A stretch of 64,000 nt of DNA from Candidatus Latescibacterota bacterium (GTDB taxonomy: Bacteria > Latescibacterota > UBA2968 > UBA8231), in NCBI GenBank assembly GCA_965248355.1, contig OZ252098.1, forward strand, positions 2,656,001 to 2,720,000. The letters are read 5' to 3'. A program made the translations under genes and the position numbers. Under the pieces are notes generated by a model, which was not told where the DNA came from, ran no database searches, and saw nothing but the letters and a program-made list of their open reading frames with translations. Positions 37,424-48,096 of the stretch are shown here, one piece after another (the first letter of the stretch is position 1; each line of letters starts with the position of its first letter).

Positions 37424-38136
37424 TGTCGACCATCCTCGTCCTGCAGCACCACCCCGTGGAGAACCTCGGCATCATCGAGCAGGCCCTGGGGGCCCGCGGG
37501 TTGAAGTCCGAGTATGTCCATTCCTACGCCGGACAGCCGGTGCCCGGGAGCATGGAGGGCTACGGCGGCCTGGTGCTCATGGGCGGTCCCATGGGGGTGT
37601 ACGAGAACGACCGCTATCCGTGGCTGAACGACGAGATGCGCCTGGCCGGCCGGGCCCTGGAGGCCGAGGTGCCGGTCCTGGGCGTCTGCCTGGGCAGCCA
37701 GCTGCTGGCCGCTGTGCTCGGGTCCCACGTGCGCAAGGGCGAGGCCCCGGAGATCGGCTGGCACGAGGTCCGCCTGAGCGGGATCGCCGCCGGCGATCCC
37801 TTGTGGAAGGAGGCGGCGTCAGCGGGCGGCCGGTTCCGGGCCTTCCACTGGCACGGCGACATCTTCGATCTGCCCCGGGGCGCCGGGGCCCTGGCCTCGT
37901 CGGTGCAGACCGCGTGTCAGGCTTTCGTCTACGGCCCCAACGCCTACGGCCTGCTCTTCCACATGGAGGTGACGGAGCAGAGCGCCGGCGACATGATCAC
38001 CGCCTTCGACGACGAGGTCCTCGAGGCCGGCCTCGAGGGCGGCGACCTGCGGCAGGAGACATCGGTTCGGCTGCCGGACCTCCATCGCGTCGGCGAGCCG
38101 GTCTACCGGAACTGGGCCGGACTGGCCGTGCCTTAG
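37423..38136 (+). CDS. Type 1 glutamine amidotransferase-like protein
   Basis: MGGPM, GVCLGSQL and FHME motifs. Confidence 0.85.
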   Translation: MSTILVLQHHPVENLGIIEQALGARGLKSEYVHSYAGQPVPGSMEGYGGLVLMGGPMGVYENDRYPWLNDEMRLAGRALEAEVPVLGVCLGSQLLAAVLGSHVRKGEAPEIGWHEVRLSGIAAGDPLWKEAASAGGRFRAFHWHGDIFDLPRGAGALASSVQTACQAFVYGPNAYGLLFHMEVTEQSAGDMITAFDDEVLEAGLEGGDLRQETSVRLPDLHRVGEPVYRNWAGLAVP

Positions 38137-38150
38137 GCGGGTGGCCCGCC

Positions 38151-38783
38151 ATGCCGAGGCGCCGGCTGCGCTGCTGGTGGGCGTGTCTGCCCCTGCTGGC
38201 CCTGTTCCTGCCGGCGGCGGCCCGCAACCTGGCCGTGGACGCCCTCACCCGCGCCACCAGCTGGAACGAGCACGAGGGGGACCCCGCCTGGCTCACCGAT
38301 GGCCTCGTCCCGCCCGAGGCCGGGGCGCGGCCCTTCTCCTGGAAGACCAAGGGCATCCTGGTCTTCGCCTGGGGCGAGGTGGTCGAGGTCGAGGACGTCC
38401 GCATCCGTGTCGGCTCCATCGCCAACGACTACCAGGTCCGCACCTTCGTGGGCGGCCATCTCCAGGACGAGGGCGCCGTGCGCGATCCCCCGGGCGATCA
38501 GACGGCCCGCGTCGAGGACTTCTCCCGCGCCCTGGACGACTGGGTCGAGATCGAGCTGCCCCCGGGGACGCGGGCCGACAACCTGGAGTTGCGCACCCTC
38601 GGGCCGGCCCACTTCTTCGAGGTCGAGATCCTGGCCGCCGCCGCCACGCCGGTTCGCGGCAGGACGTGGGCGGCGGTCAAGCAGGAGGCAGGGGGCCCCG
38701 CCGTCCTCCATCCCACCGGTCTACCGCCGGGACGCACGGAAGCCTCGCCTGGTGGGCCACAGACGCAGAGGAGTCAACCGTGA
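38151..38783 (+). CDS. Secreted hypothetical protein with ATPVRGRTWAAVK motif
   Basis: Signal peptide, discoidin-like LTDG/EVEI segments and GC-rich third codon positions. Confidence 0.6.
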   Translation: MPRRRLRCWWACLPLLALFLPAAARNLAVDALTRATSWNEHEGDPAWLTDGLVPPEAGARPFSWKTKGILVFAWGEVVEVEDVRIRVGSIANDYQVRTFVGGHLQDEGAVRDPPGDQTARVEDFSRALDDWVEIELPPGTRADNLELRTLGPAHFFEVEILAAAATPVRGRTWAAVKQEAGGPAVLHPTGLPPGRTEASPGGPQTQRSQP

Positions 38784-39706
38784 TCGACAGGAAGGTCCTG
38801 GGCGCCTACGCCGCCGTGGGCGGCCTCTCGCCGGAGGAGCAGGCCGGCTGGTACCGACGCGCGGCCACCGACTGGAACCTGAGTTGTTTCGAGATCCCGC
38901 TGATGGCCGGGGTGCCGCTGAGCGAGCCGCTGCAGGCCGCTCTCGCCGAGCAGTCGGCCTCGCTCGTGGTGACCCTCGTGGCCCAATGGGCGGTGAAGGG
39001 GCAGTCCAACGTGGCCTACGGCCTCGGCTCCACCGAGGAGCAGGCCCGGCGCGAAGCCGTCCTCGACGTGCAGTCGGCGATCCAGCAGTGCCTGCGCCTG
39101 AGCCGGGAGGGGATCGAGATCGCCGCGCTGGAGGTCCACGTGGGCCAGCGGACCGGCGGTCCCATGGCCCATGCCGTGGCCCTGTACCGGAGCCTGCTCG
39201 AGCTGCGCGGCGCCCTGGCCGCGGTCCTGCCCGACTGCCGCCTCGCGGTGGAGATCACGGACAGTCTCGCCGCCGATCACGCCATCCCCTTTCCCGGCGC
39301 CAAGAAGGCCTCCCTGACCACCGCCGAGCTGCTCGACGCCGTGGCCGCGGCCAACGCCCCCGGGGGGCCGCCGATCTCGGCGGTGATCAACTGGGGCCGC
39401 CTGCTGATCAACGGCGACCGCCCCCTGGACGTGGTGGAGGAGGTCCTCGCCTCGCCCGTGCCCCTGGCCGGCGTGATCCTGTCCGGGGCGGCGGCCACGC
39501 CCGACGGCTTCGCCGATGCCCACAACTCGCACCTCGACCCCGCCTGCGGCTTCTCCCTGGCGGACGGAGAAGCCTGCGCCGGGCGGCTGAGCGAGTCGTC
39601 GCAGCCCAGCTTCCTGGGGATGAAGTGCAGCCTGAAGAAGGGGGACGGCGAGCTCGAGGCGGCCGAGGTGCTGCAGGCCCAGGCGGATTTCCTGAACCGC
39701 GTGTAG
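38780..39706 (+). CDS. DUF4862-like protein
   Basis: LGAYAA N-terminus, YGLGS and INWGR motifs. GTGA overlap with the upstream gene. Confidence 0.6.
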   Translation: MIDRKVLGAYAAVGGLSPEEQAGWYRRAATDWNLSCFEIPLMAGVPLSEPLQAALAEQSASLVVTLVAQWAVKGQSNVAYGLGSTEEQARREAVLDVQSAIQQCLRLSREGIEIAALEVHVGQRTGGPMAHAVALYRSLLELRGALAAVLPDCRLAVEITDSLAADHAIPFPGAKKASLTTAELLDAVAAANAPGGPPISAVINWGRLLINGDRPLDVVEEVLASPVPLAGVILSGAAATPDGFADAHNSHLDPACGFSLADGEACAGRLSESSQPSFLGMKCSLKKGDGELEAAEVLQAQADFLNRV

Positions 39707-39712
39707 AGCGGC

Positions 39713-40130
39713 ATGAAAATGGGCTACACCACCTGGGGCCTGCCGCGGATGCCCATCGACGAGGCCCTGCGGCACCTGGCGCGGCTCGGTTTCGACGGCG
39801 TCGAGATCGCCGTGATCCGGGGCTTCACCACCGAGCTGGACACCCTCGACACCGCCGAGCGGCGGCGCATCCGGCATCTCCTGGACGAGCACGGTCTCGA
39901 GCTGACCGCCGTGGGCGGCCACGCCTCGCTGCTGAGCCGGGGGGCCGGCGCCCACGCCGAGAACTGGGGCGGCTGACGGGCGCCGTCGACCTCTGCGTCG
40001 ACTGGGCCGGCCCCCAGGGCCCCCCGGTGCTCGACACCGTCCTCGGCAGCTCGCCGGAGACCTGGGACGGCGGCTCCACCGCCCGCAGCGTGGAGTTGCT
40101 GGCGCCCTTGGCGGCGCAGCCCCTGTGGAA
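39713..40130 (+). pseudogene. Sugar phosphate isomerase/epimerase (xylose isomerase-like TIM barrel) remnant
   Basis: LARLGFDGVEI N-terminus. Frameshift in the G-run near 39967, after which similarity is lost by about 40100. Confidence 0.65.
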
Positions 40131-40283
40131 CCTCCGCCGGTGTAACCCTCTCCCCGCCAGGGTCACCTCGCCGCCAGCGGCGCCTGAAGACGGCGCCTCC
40201 GCGGTCGAGTCCGAGACGCCGAGCGCCTTCGCGGCAGGCGGGACCCCTCGGCCCGGCGGCGCCGAACGCTCTTTGGGCTGGGC

Positions 40284-41147
40284 CTACCTCGCCGCCGCCG
40301 GGCGCCTGAAGACGGGCGCCTCCGGGGTCGAGTCCGGGGCGCTGAAGCGGTAGCCGCCGCCGGCGAAGTCCGGCAACTCGCCCGGATCCCTCACGTCGTT
40401 GTCGACCAGCCACCGGGCCATCAGTCCGCGGGCGTGCTTGGCGAACATGCCGAGCACCTTGAACCGCCCCCCCGACTCGTCCTGGAAGACGGGGTGCACC
40501 ACCGGACAGGGCAACTCCTTCTCGCGCACCGACCGGTAGTACTCCTTGCTGGCCAGGTTGCATATCCAGGCCGGATCCTCCTCGGCCAGCCCCTCGGTGA
40601 TGGCGCTGCCCCAGAACTGGTACAGATCCCGGCCCCTGGGCGTCCCGAGCTTGGTGCCCATCTCCAGCCGGTAGGGCAGCATCAGGTCGAGGGGCCTGAG
40701 GAACCCGTAGAGGCCCGACAGGATGCGGATGCGGCGCTCGGCGCGGTCGATCCCCCGGCCCTTCAGGGAAGAGGCGTCGAAGCCCTGGTACACGTCTCCG
40801 GTGAAGGCCCACAGGGCCTGCTTGGCCGGTGGCGGAGAAGCCGCCCGGCCGCGGGCTCCGGCCTTTGCCGACTCCTTCGCCTGCCTGCGGAGGAGGGATG
40901 GATCGAAGCTCTGATAGCGCCGGAAGTTGAGCTCCGCCAGCCTCTCGCTCAGACCCATCAGTCCGGCGAGCTCCACGGCGGACTTCTCCTTCAGCAGGCC
41001 CGCCAGCTCGGAGGTCTGGGCCCCCAGAAACGGCGGGACCCCCGCCCTGGCGGTAGGGGGCGGCGTCTCGAAATCGAGCGACTTGGCCGGGGACAGCAGG
41101 ATCAGGGGCGGTTTCCCGGACTTCCGGGGGGATTTCGTGTCGGCCAT
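40284..41147 (-). CDS. yaaA: YaaA (UPF0246) peroxide stress protein
   Basis: LSPAKSLD, FTGDVYQG, LSGLYG.LRPLD..YRLEMG, NLAS.EY and AKHARGLMAR motifs. Confidence 0.92.
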   Translation of the reverse strand: MADTKSPRKSGKPPLILLSPAKSLDFETPPPTARAGVPPFLGAQTSELAGLLKEKSAVELAGLMGLSERLAELNFRRYQSFDPSLLRRQAKESAKAGARGRAASPPPAKQALWAFTGDVYQGFDASSLKGRGIDRAERRIRILSGLYGFLRPLDLMLPYRLEMGTKLGTPRGRDLYQFWGSAITEGLAEEDPAWICNLASKEYYRSVREKELPCPVVHPVFQDESGGRFKVLGMFAKHARGLMARWLVDNDVRDPGELPDFAGGGYRFSAPDSTPEAPVFRRPAAAR

Positions 41148-41422
41148 CGTTGTTCTCCGGATGGAGGGTCGGCCTCTCGGGCGTCTGAATGGTGCACGGC
41201 GGAGGCTGCGGTCCGGTGCCGCCGACGCCCTCGTGCGAATCTCAGCGGATGCTTCCGGTCTCGCAAATGGCGACCGGGTGCTGGCCGAAGCCCCTGCAAT
41301 CCCAACCTGCAGGTTCGGGCCCTGGTCTGGGGCCGCGTTTGAGGCCGGCCGGGCGCCAGGCTCGCCAAAGGCCGGGGGGGAGGATCAGCCCTGTCCCGGG
41401 TGGCCCGCCGGTGGTGGGAACC

Positions 41423-42004
41423 TCAGGGGCCGGCTTCGAGGACGCCGACATGGGGCAGACCCCGGTAGCGCTGGTCGAGGTCCAGACCGTAGCCGACGAC
41501 GAAGACATCCTCCACCTCGAATCCGCGGTAGTCGATCGGCACCGGGACCCTGCGCCGGCTCGGCTTGTCCAGCAGGGTGCAGACCCGAAGCCGGGAGGGG
41601 CCCTCTTGCCGCAGGTGACGCAGCACCGCCCGCATCGTCCGGCCCGTGTCGACGATGCCGTCGACCACGAGCACCGCGCGTCCCTCGAGGTCGACGACGA
41701 GGTCGCCGGCCAGACGCACATCGCCGGCAGACCGTGATCCCGCGTAAGAGGTGGCGTCGAGGAAGTCGAAGGCGAGGTCGGCGCGCCAGGAGGCCGGCAG
41801 GGCGCGGAGCAGGTCCATCATGAAGGGCACGGCCCCGTTGCGGATCCCCACGATGACAGGCGGCGTGTCGCCGTGGTCGGCGGCGATCTCCCCGGCCAGC
41901 GCGGCGACCCTTCGGCGGATGGCGTTCTCGTCGAAGAGAACCCGGATGGCCGCGGCCGAGTCCGACGACCACTCGTCCTTCTTGACTACCCAGTTGGGAT
42001 CCAT
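41423..42004 (-). CDS. hpt: Hypoxanthine phosphoribosyltransferase
   Basis: VLVVDGIVDTGRT, LLDKP and FVVGYGLD motifs. Start approximate. Confidence 0.88.
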   Translation of the reverse strand: MDPNWVVKKDEWSSDSAAAIRVLFDENAIRRRVAALAGEIAADHGDTPPVIVGIRNGAVPFMMDLLRALPASWRADLAFDFLDATSYAGSRSAGDVRLAGDLVVDLEGRAVLVVDGIVDTGRTMRAVLRHLRQEGPSRLRVCTLLDKPSRRRVPVPIDYRGFEVEDVFVVGYGLDLDQRYRGLPHVGVLEAGP

Positions 42005-42152
42005 GACCCTGCGAAATGTAACGAGAGGGGCTGTCGAGGCGAGTGACAGCCCCTCTCGCAGGGGAGGGTCGGAGCCGGGGAGCGGGGAGTCCTGTTGGAG
42101 ACCGCCGCGGGGGGCCGGCGGGTCTTCCGCAGGCAACGCGTTGGAGGAAAGG

Positions 42153-43268
42153 TCAGGCAGCCGCCTTCTGTTTCTTGGCCGGAGCCGCCGCTTCCTCCGT
42201 GCCGTCGCCGCCGGGCTCCGGATCCGTCCCCGGCAGCGGGATATTCAGCAGGTTGCGCACCTCGTCCTCGATCTGTCCGGCGAGCTGGGGATTCTCGCGC
42301 AGGAAGAGGCGGGCATTCTCCTTGCCCTGACCGAGACGCTCCCCGCCGTAGGAGAACCAGGTGCCGCTCTTGTCGACGACTTGGTGCTCGACGCCCAGGT
42401 CGATCAGGTCGCCCTCGCGGGAGATGCCCACGTCGTCGCCGCGGAACATGATGTCGAACTCGGCCTCGCGGAAGGGCGGCGCCACCTTGTTCTTGACCAC
42501 CTTGATGCGCGTGCGCCGTCCGATGACCTCGTCGCCGTCCTTGATGGTGCCGATGCCGCGGATGTCGAGGCGGATCGACGCGTAGAAGCACAGGGCCCGG
42601 CCCCCCGTGGTCGTCTCGGGGTTGCCGAACATGACGCCGATCTTCATGCGCAACTGGTTGATGAAGATGACGGTGGTGCGCGACTTCTGGATGGACCCGG
42701 TGAGCTTGCGCAGGGCCTGCGACATGAGCCGGGCCTGCAGGCCCATCTGCGAGTCCCCCATCTCGCCCTCGAGCTCGGCGCGCGGCACAAGGGCGGCCAC
42801 CGAGTCGACGACGACCACGTCGATGGCCCCGGAGCGCACCAGCGTGTCGGTGATTTCCAGCGCCTCCTCTCCGCAGTCGGGCTGGGAGACCAGGAGGTTA
42901 TCGACATCGATGCCGAGGCGGCGCGCGAAACCGATGTCGAGGGAGTGCTCGGCGTCGATGAAGGCGGCCGTGCCCCCGCGCCGCTGAGCCTGGGCGACCG
43001 CGGTGAGCGCGCACATCGTCTTGCCCGCCGACTCGGGGCCGAACATCTCGATGACCCGGCCGCGCGGCAGGCCGCCGATGCCGAGAGCGGCGTCGAGGGA
43101 GAGACACCCGGTGGGGATGATGTCGACCTCGACCACCTGGGACTCGCCCAGGCGCATGATGGCGCCCTTGCCGTACTGCTTTTCCACTTGGGCGAGGGCC
43201 TGATCCATGGCCTTCTGCCTGTCCTTCGGCTCGTCGCCGGGCCGGGCGCCGGAATACTTGGAGACCAT
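42153..43268 (-). CDS. recA: Recombinase A
   Basis: [26 protein letters not shown] and KNKVAPPF motifs. Confidence 0.98.
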   Translation of the reverse strand: MVSKYSGARPGDEPKDRQKAMDQALAQVEKQYGKGAIMRLGESQVVEVDIIPTGCLSLDAALGIGGLPRGRVIEMFGPESAGKTMCALTAVAQAQRRGGTAAFIDAEHSLDIGFARRLGIDVDNLLVSQPDCGEEALEITDTLVRSGAIDVVVVDSVAALVPRAELEGEMGDSQMGLQARLMSQALRKLTGSIQKSRTTVIFINQLRMKIGVMFGNPETTTGGRALCFYASIRLDIRGIGTIKDGDEVIGRRTRIKVVKNKVAPPFREAEFDIMFRGDDVGISREGDLIDLGVEHQVVDKSGTWFSYGGERLGQGKENARLFLRENPQLAGQIEDEVRNLLNIPLPGTDPEPGGDGTEEAAAPAKKQKAAA

Positions 43269-43374
43269 CGCTCTTGACTCCTTTTGAAAAGGTGGGGCCG
43301 CGAGCCGCACGGCCCGCTTGGACCGGCCGGTGGCGGAAGAGGTCTGCAGCACCGGCACGCTGGCACATCTGCGA

Positions 43375-43412
43375 TGCACAAAAGAATAGGGATTGTTTGT
43401 GCACCTTGTCAA
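43375..43412 (-). promoter_or_regulatory. recA sigma70-type promoter with overlapping palindrome
   Basis: TTGACA-N18-TATTCT on the minus strand. Inverted repeat TGCACAAA-N13-TTTGTGCA at 43375-43403. Confidence 0.6.
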
Positions 43413-43641
43413 GAGGTTTCTCACCAGCCCGTACCGCCCCGCCAGCCCTCGCGGCGAGGAGGGGGATACAACGAACGTACCATCGACGCGGAGCTCTCCG
43501 AGGTCATCCTAAAGCCAGGAATATCAATGGGTTGGAACCCAGGGGAGGATTGGTGGGCCGGCGGGGATGTGTGGCGGGGGCGACACTCGCGTGAACCGAG
43601 GGTTACATCCCCCCCGGGTTGGAGCGCCGGGCCGGACGGAA

Positions 43642-44511
43642 TCAGGAAGGGGCGGTGGCGATGACGAGACGCGGGAGGCCGGCCAGGTCGGGACGCACCT
43701 CGGTCGGGTCGCGGAAGCCCGCCTCGCACAGCAGACGGGAAGCCTCCTCGGCCTGGCAGTCCCCGACCTCGAGGAACAGCCGGCCGGCCGGCTCCAGGTG
43801 AGGCAGGACGGTCCCGGCGACCCTGCGGATCAGGGCGAGCCCGTCGGGCCCGCCGTCGAGGGCCAGGCGCGGCTCGTGGTCGCGGACCTCCGGCTCAAGC
43901 GTCTCGAGGTCGGCGGTACGGATGTACGGCGGGTTGCAGAGCACTGCCCGGAAGCGCCGCGCCCCCAGGGGCTCGCACAGGTCGCCGCAGACGAAGCGGA
44001 TGCGGTCGCCGAGCCCGTGCCGCCGCGCGTTCCGGCGCGCCAGGACCAGGGCCTCCCGGGAGAGGTCGCTGGCCACGACCTGGGCGTCCTCGTGCTCCTG
44101 GGCCACGGCGATGGCGATGGGGCCGCAGCCGCAGCCCAGGTCGAGGACCGGGCCCGGCGGGGCGCCGGCGAGAAAGGACAGGGCCTCCTCCACGAGCAGC
44201 TCGGTCTCGGGCCGGGGCACCAGGACGCTGTCGTCCACGTGCAGGTCGAGGAGCCGGAATCCCGCTTCGCCGGTGATGTACTGGGACGGCCGCCCCGCGA
44301 GCCGCTGGCGCACGAAGCCGCGGAAGGTCTCGACCTCGCCGGCGGTGAGGATCCTGTCGAACTGCAGGTAGAGATCGAGGCGGCGGAGGCCGAGGGCGGC
44401 CGCCAGCAGCAACTCCGCCTCCAGACGGGGACTCTCGAGGGCGCGCGAGCCCAGGAAGCCGCTGGCCTCCTGCAGCAGGTCGAGGAGTCTCCAGCGCCGT
44501 CCGTCGGCCAT
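43642..44511 (-). CDS. prmC: Release factor glutamine methyltransferase
   Basis: VLVPRPETE, DLGCGCG, NPPY and ALDGGPDGL motifs. Confidence 0.95.
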   Translation of the reverse strand: MADGRRWRLLDLLQEASGFLGSRALESPRLEAELLLAAALGLRRLDLYLQFDRILTAGEVETFRGFVRQRLAGRPSQYITGEAGFRLLDLHVDDSVLVPRPETELLVEEALSFLAGAPPGPVLDLGCGCGPIAIAVAQEHEDAQVVASDLSREALVLARRNARRHGLGDRIRFVCGDLCEPLGARRFRAVLCNPPYIRTADLETLEPEVRDHEPRLALDGGPDGLALIRRVAGTVLPHLEPAGRLFLEVGDCQAEEASRLLCEAGFRDPTEVRPDLAGLPRLVIATAPS

Positions 44512-45587
44512 CAGCCTGAAGCGGAGCCGTCGGCCAGGATGCGCCGCTGCTCGGCGGCGATGAGCTCCTCCACGAAGGAATCGATATCGCCGTCGAGGAC
44601 CTCCGCGAGCTGGTACAGGCTCAGCTTGACGCGGTGGTCGGTGACGCGGCCCTGGGGGAAGTTGTAGGTGCGGATCTTGTCGCTGCGGTCCCCGCTGCCG
44701 ATCTGCTGCCGGCGCTCCCGCGACAGGGCCGCCTCCTGCTCCGCCTTCTTGCGCTCCAGCAGCCGCGCCCGCAGCACCTTCAGGGCCTTGGTCTTGTTCT
44801 TCAGCTGCGACTTCTCGTCCTGGCAGCTGACGACCAGGCCGGTGGGCTTGTGGGTGACCCGGACCGCCGAATCGGTGGTGTTCACGCTCTGCCCTCCGGG
44901 GCCTCCGGAGCGGAAGACGTCGATCTCGAGATCCTCGGGATCGATGCCGACCTCCACCTCCTCCGCCTCGGGCAGGACCGCCACGGAGGCGGCCGAGGTG
45001 TGGATCCGTCCGCTGGCCTCGGTCTTGGGGACCCGCTGCACCCGGTGCACGCCGCTTTCGAACTTGAGCCGCCCGAAGGCGCCGGGGCCGGAGACCAGGA
45101 GGACGGCCTCCTTGAATCCGCCGGCGGGGTTGGTGCTCGAGGACAGGGGCTCGATGGTCCAGCGCCGCCGCTCGGCGTAGCGGTCGTACATCCGGCAGAG
45201 ATCGGCGGCGAACAGGCCGGCCTCGTCGCCCCCGGCGCCGGCGCGGATCTCGACGATGGCGTTGCGCGAGTCGCTGGGGTCCCTGGGGATGAGCAGCAGC
45301 GTGAGGGCCTCGGTGAGGGCCTCGACCTCGGGGGTCGCGGCCTCCAGCTCGGCGCGCGCCAGCTCGAGCAGCTCCTCCTCCCCGCCGTCGGAGAGGATCT
45401 CCCGGGCCTCGTCCCGGCGTGCCAGGGCCTGCCGGTAGCGCCGCGTCGTCTCCACGGTCTCCTTCAGATCGCCCGCCTCCCGGGCCAGTCTCCGGTACTC
45501 GGCGCCGTTGCGCGCCACCCCGGGGTCGGCGAGCCTCTCGTTGAGTTCGGCGTAGCGCCGCTCGATTTCCGCCAGTCGTTCGAGCAC
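44511..45587 (-). CDS. prfA: Peptide chain release factor 1
   Basis: PKT tripeptide, GGQ and IRTYNFPQ motifs. Confidence 0.97.
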   Translation of the reverse strand: MLERLAEIERRYAELNERLADPGVARNGAEYRRLAREAGDLKETVETTRRYRQALARRDEAREILSDGGEEELLELARAELEAATPEVEALTEALTLLLIPRDPSDSRNAIVEIRAGAGGDEAGLFAADLCRMYDRYAERRRWTIEPLSSSTNPAGGFKEAVLLVSGPGAFGRLKFESGVHRVQRVPKTEASGRIHTSAASVAVLPEAEEVEVGIDPEDLEIDVFRSGGPGGQSVNTTDSAVRVTHKPTGLVVSCQDEKSQLKNKTKALKVLRARLLERKKAEQEAALSRERRQQIGSGDRSDKIRTYNFPQGRVTDHRVKLSLYQLAEVLDGDIDSFVEELIAAEQRRILADGSASG

Positions 45588-45721
45588 GTCAACCGCCTCT
45601 CACGGCGCCGTCCCTCCACCTCGGGGCGGCGCTCGCCGTCCGGTCCCGCTCAGGGCGAGGACGGGCTGGTTTCGGTTCGCGGAACCCCATCCGGTTCTCT
45701 CCGGTTCTCCGGCCGAGGCAC

Positions 45722-45760
45722 AAAAAAAACGGGCCGAAGCGCCGCCGGCGCCCCCGCCCA
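45722..45760 (-). terminator. Intrinsic terminator after rpmE2
   Basis: GC-rich hairpin followed by T8 on the minus strand. Confidence 0.6.
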
Positions 45761-45788
45761 TCACCTGTCGTCGCGCCCGGCGGCGCGG

Positions 45789-46103
45789 CTAACCGTCGGT
45801 GGATTCCCCGGCCGGCTCCTCGGCCGGAGTCTCCTCCTCGCCCTTCTTCGCGGCGTTGTACCCCGCGTAGCGCTGGCGGAACTGCTCGATGCGGCCGCCC
45901 CTCTCGGACAACTGCTGCTCCTTGCCGGTGTAGAACGCGTGCGACGCCGAGCTGAGGTCGAAGCGGATGACGGGATATTCCCGTCCGTCCTCCCATTCCA
46001 TCTTTTCGTCGGAGGTCGCCGTCGACCGGGTGAGCACCTTGAAGTCGACGCTCACGTCGTAGAAGATGACCGGTCTGTACTTGGGGTGGATTTCCTGCTT
46101 CAT
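45789..46103 (-). CDS. rpmE2: 50S ribosomal protein L31 type B
   Basis: MKQEIHPKY..SSASHAFYTG with no CxxC. Confidence 0.92.
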   Translation of the reverse strand: MKQEIHPKYRPVIFYDVSVDFKVLTRSTATSDEKMEWEDGREYPVIRFDLSSASHAFYTGKEQQLSERGGRIEQFRQRYAGYNAAKKGEEETPAEEPAGESTDG

Positions 46104-46188
46104 CGCTCCGGCTCGCTTGCAATCGCTGACGGGAAGATAAGATACGGCCCGGTACGGGCAAGAGGGATCCCCCGGGAGGGGGGTCCGC

Positions 46189-47637
<1,449 letters not shown>

Positions 47638-47937
47638 GACGCTCGTAACCTTTCGATGGTGGGCTGGATTGCTGCGGAGGGGGGTGGTCGGTGAACCGGC
47701 GCAACCGCCGATGGGACCGGCGAAAGCAGCCGGCCGAAAGCGGGTTACGCAACGGCTTTCCGGCCGTTGTAGGTCAGATTTCGTCGAGCCGAATTCCGTC
47801 GCGCCACAGACCCGCCGATGCGGGCTGCGGACGAAAGTCAACTGGCTTGCTACGCTGAAGGATTTGCTGAGATCAGGGGGGAATCCGGAAGTGGAGCCCC
47901 GGACGTTGGGAGGAATTCGCTTCAGGAGTGTCCGGTC

Positions 47938-47966
47938 AAGTTATCCAAGCTATCCGGCGTTGTCAA
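47938..47966 (-). promoter_or_regulatory. Putative rho promoter
   Basis: TTGACA-N17-TAACTT on the minus strand, about 300 nt upstream of the start. Confidence 0.55.
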
Positions 47967-48096
47967 GAAGAAAACAACCCCCAGGGTCCCGTCCCCTGGG
48001 GGCCGGAAGGCGCCTGCGAGCCTCTGGCGAAGGCTTTGACCGGGTTCCGGGGGAGGGGTAGCTTGTGCGCGCCGGCCCTCTCTCCGCCCCTTGCCC

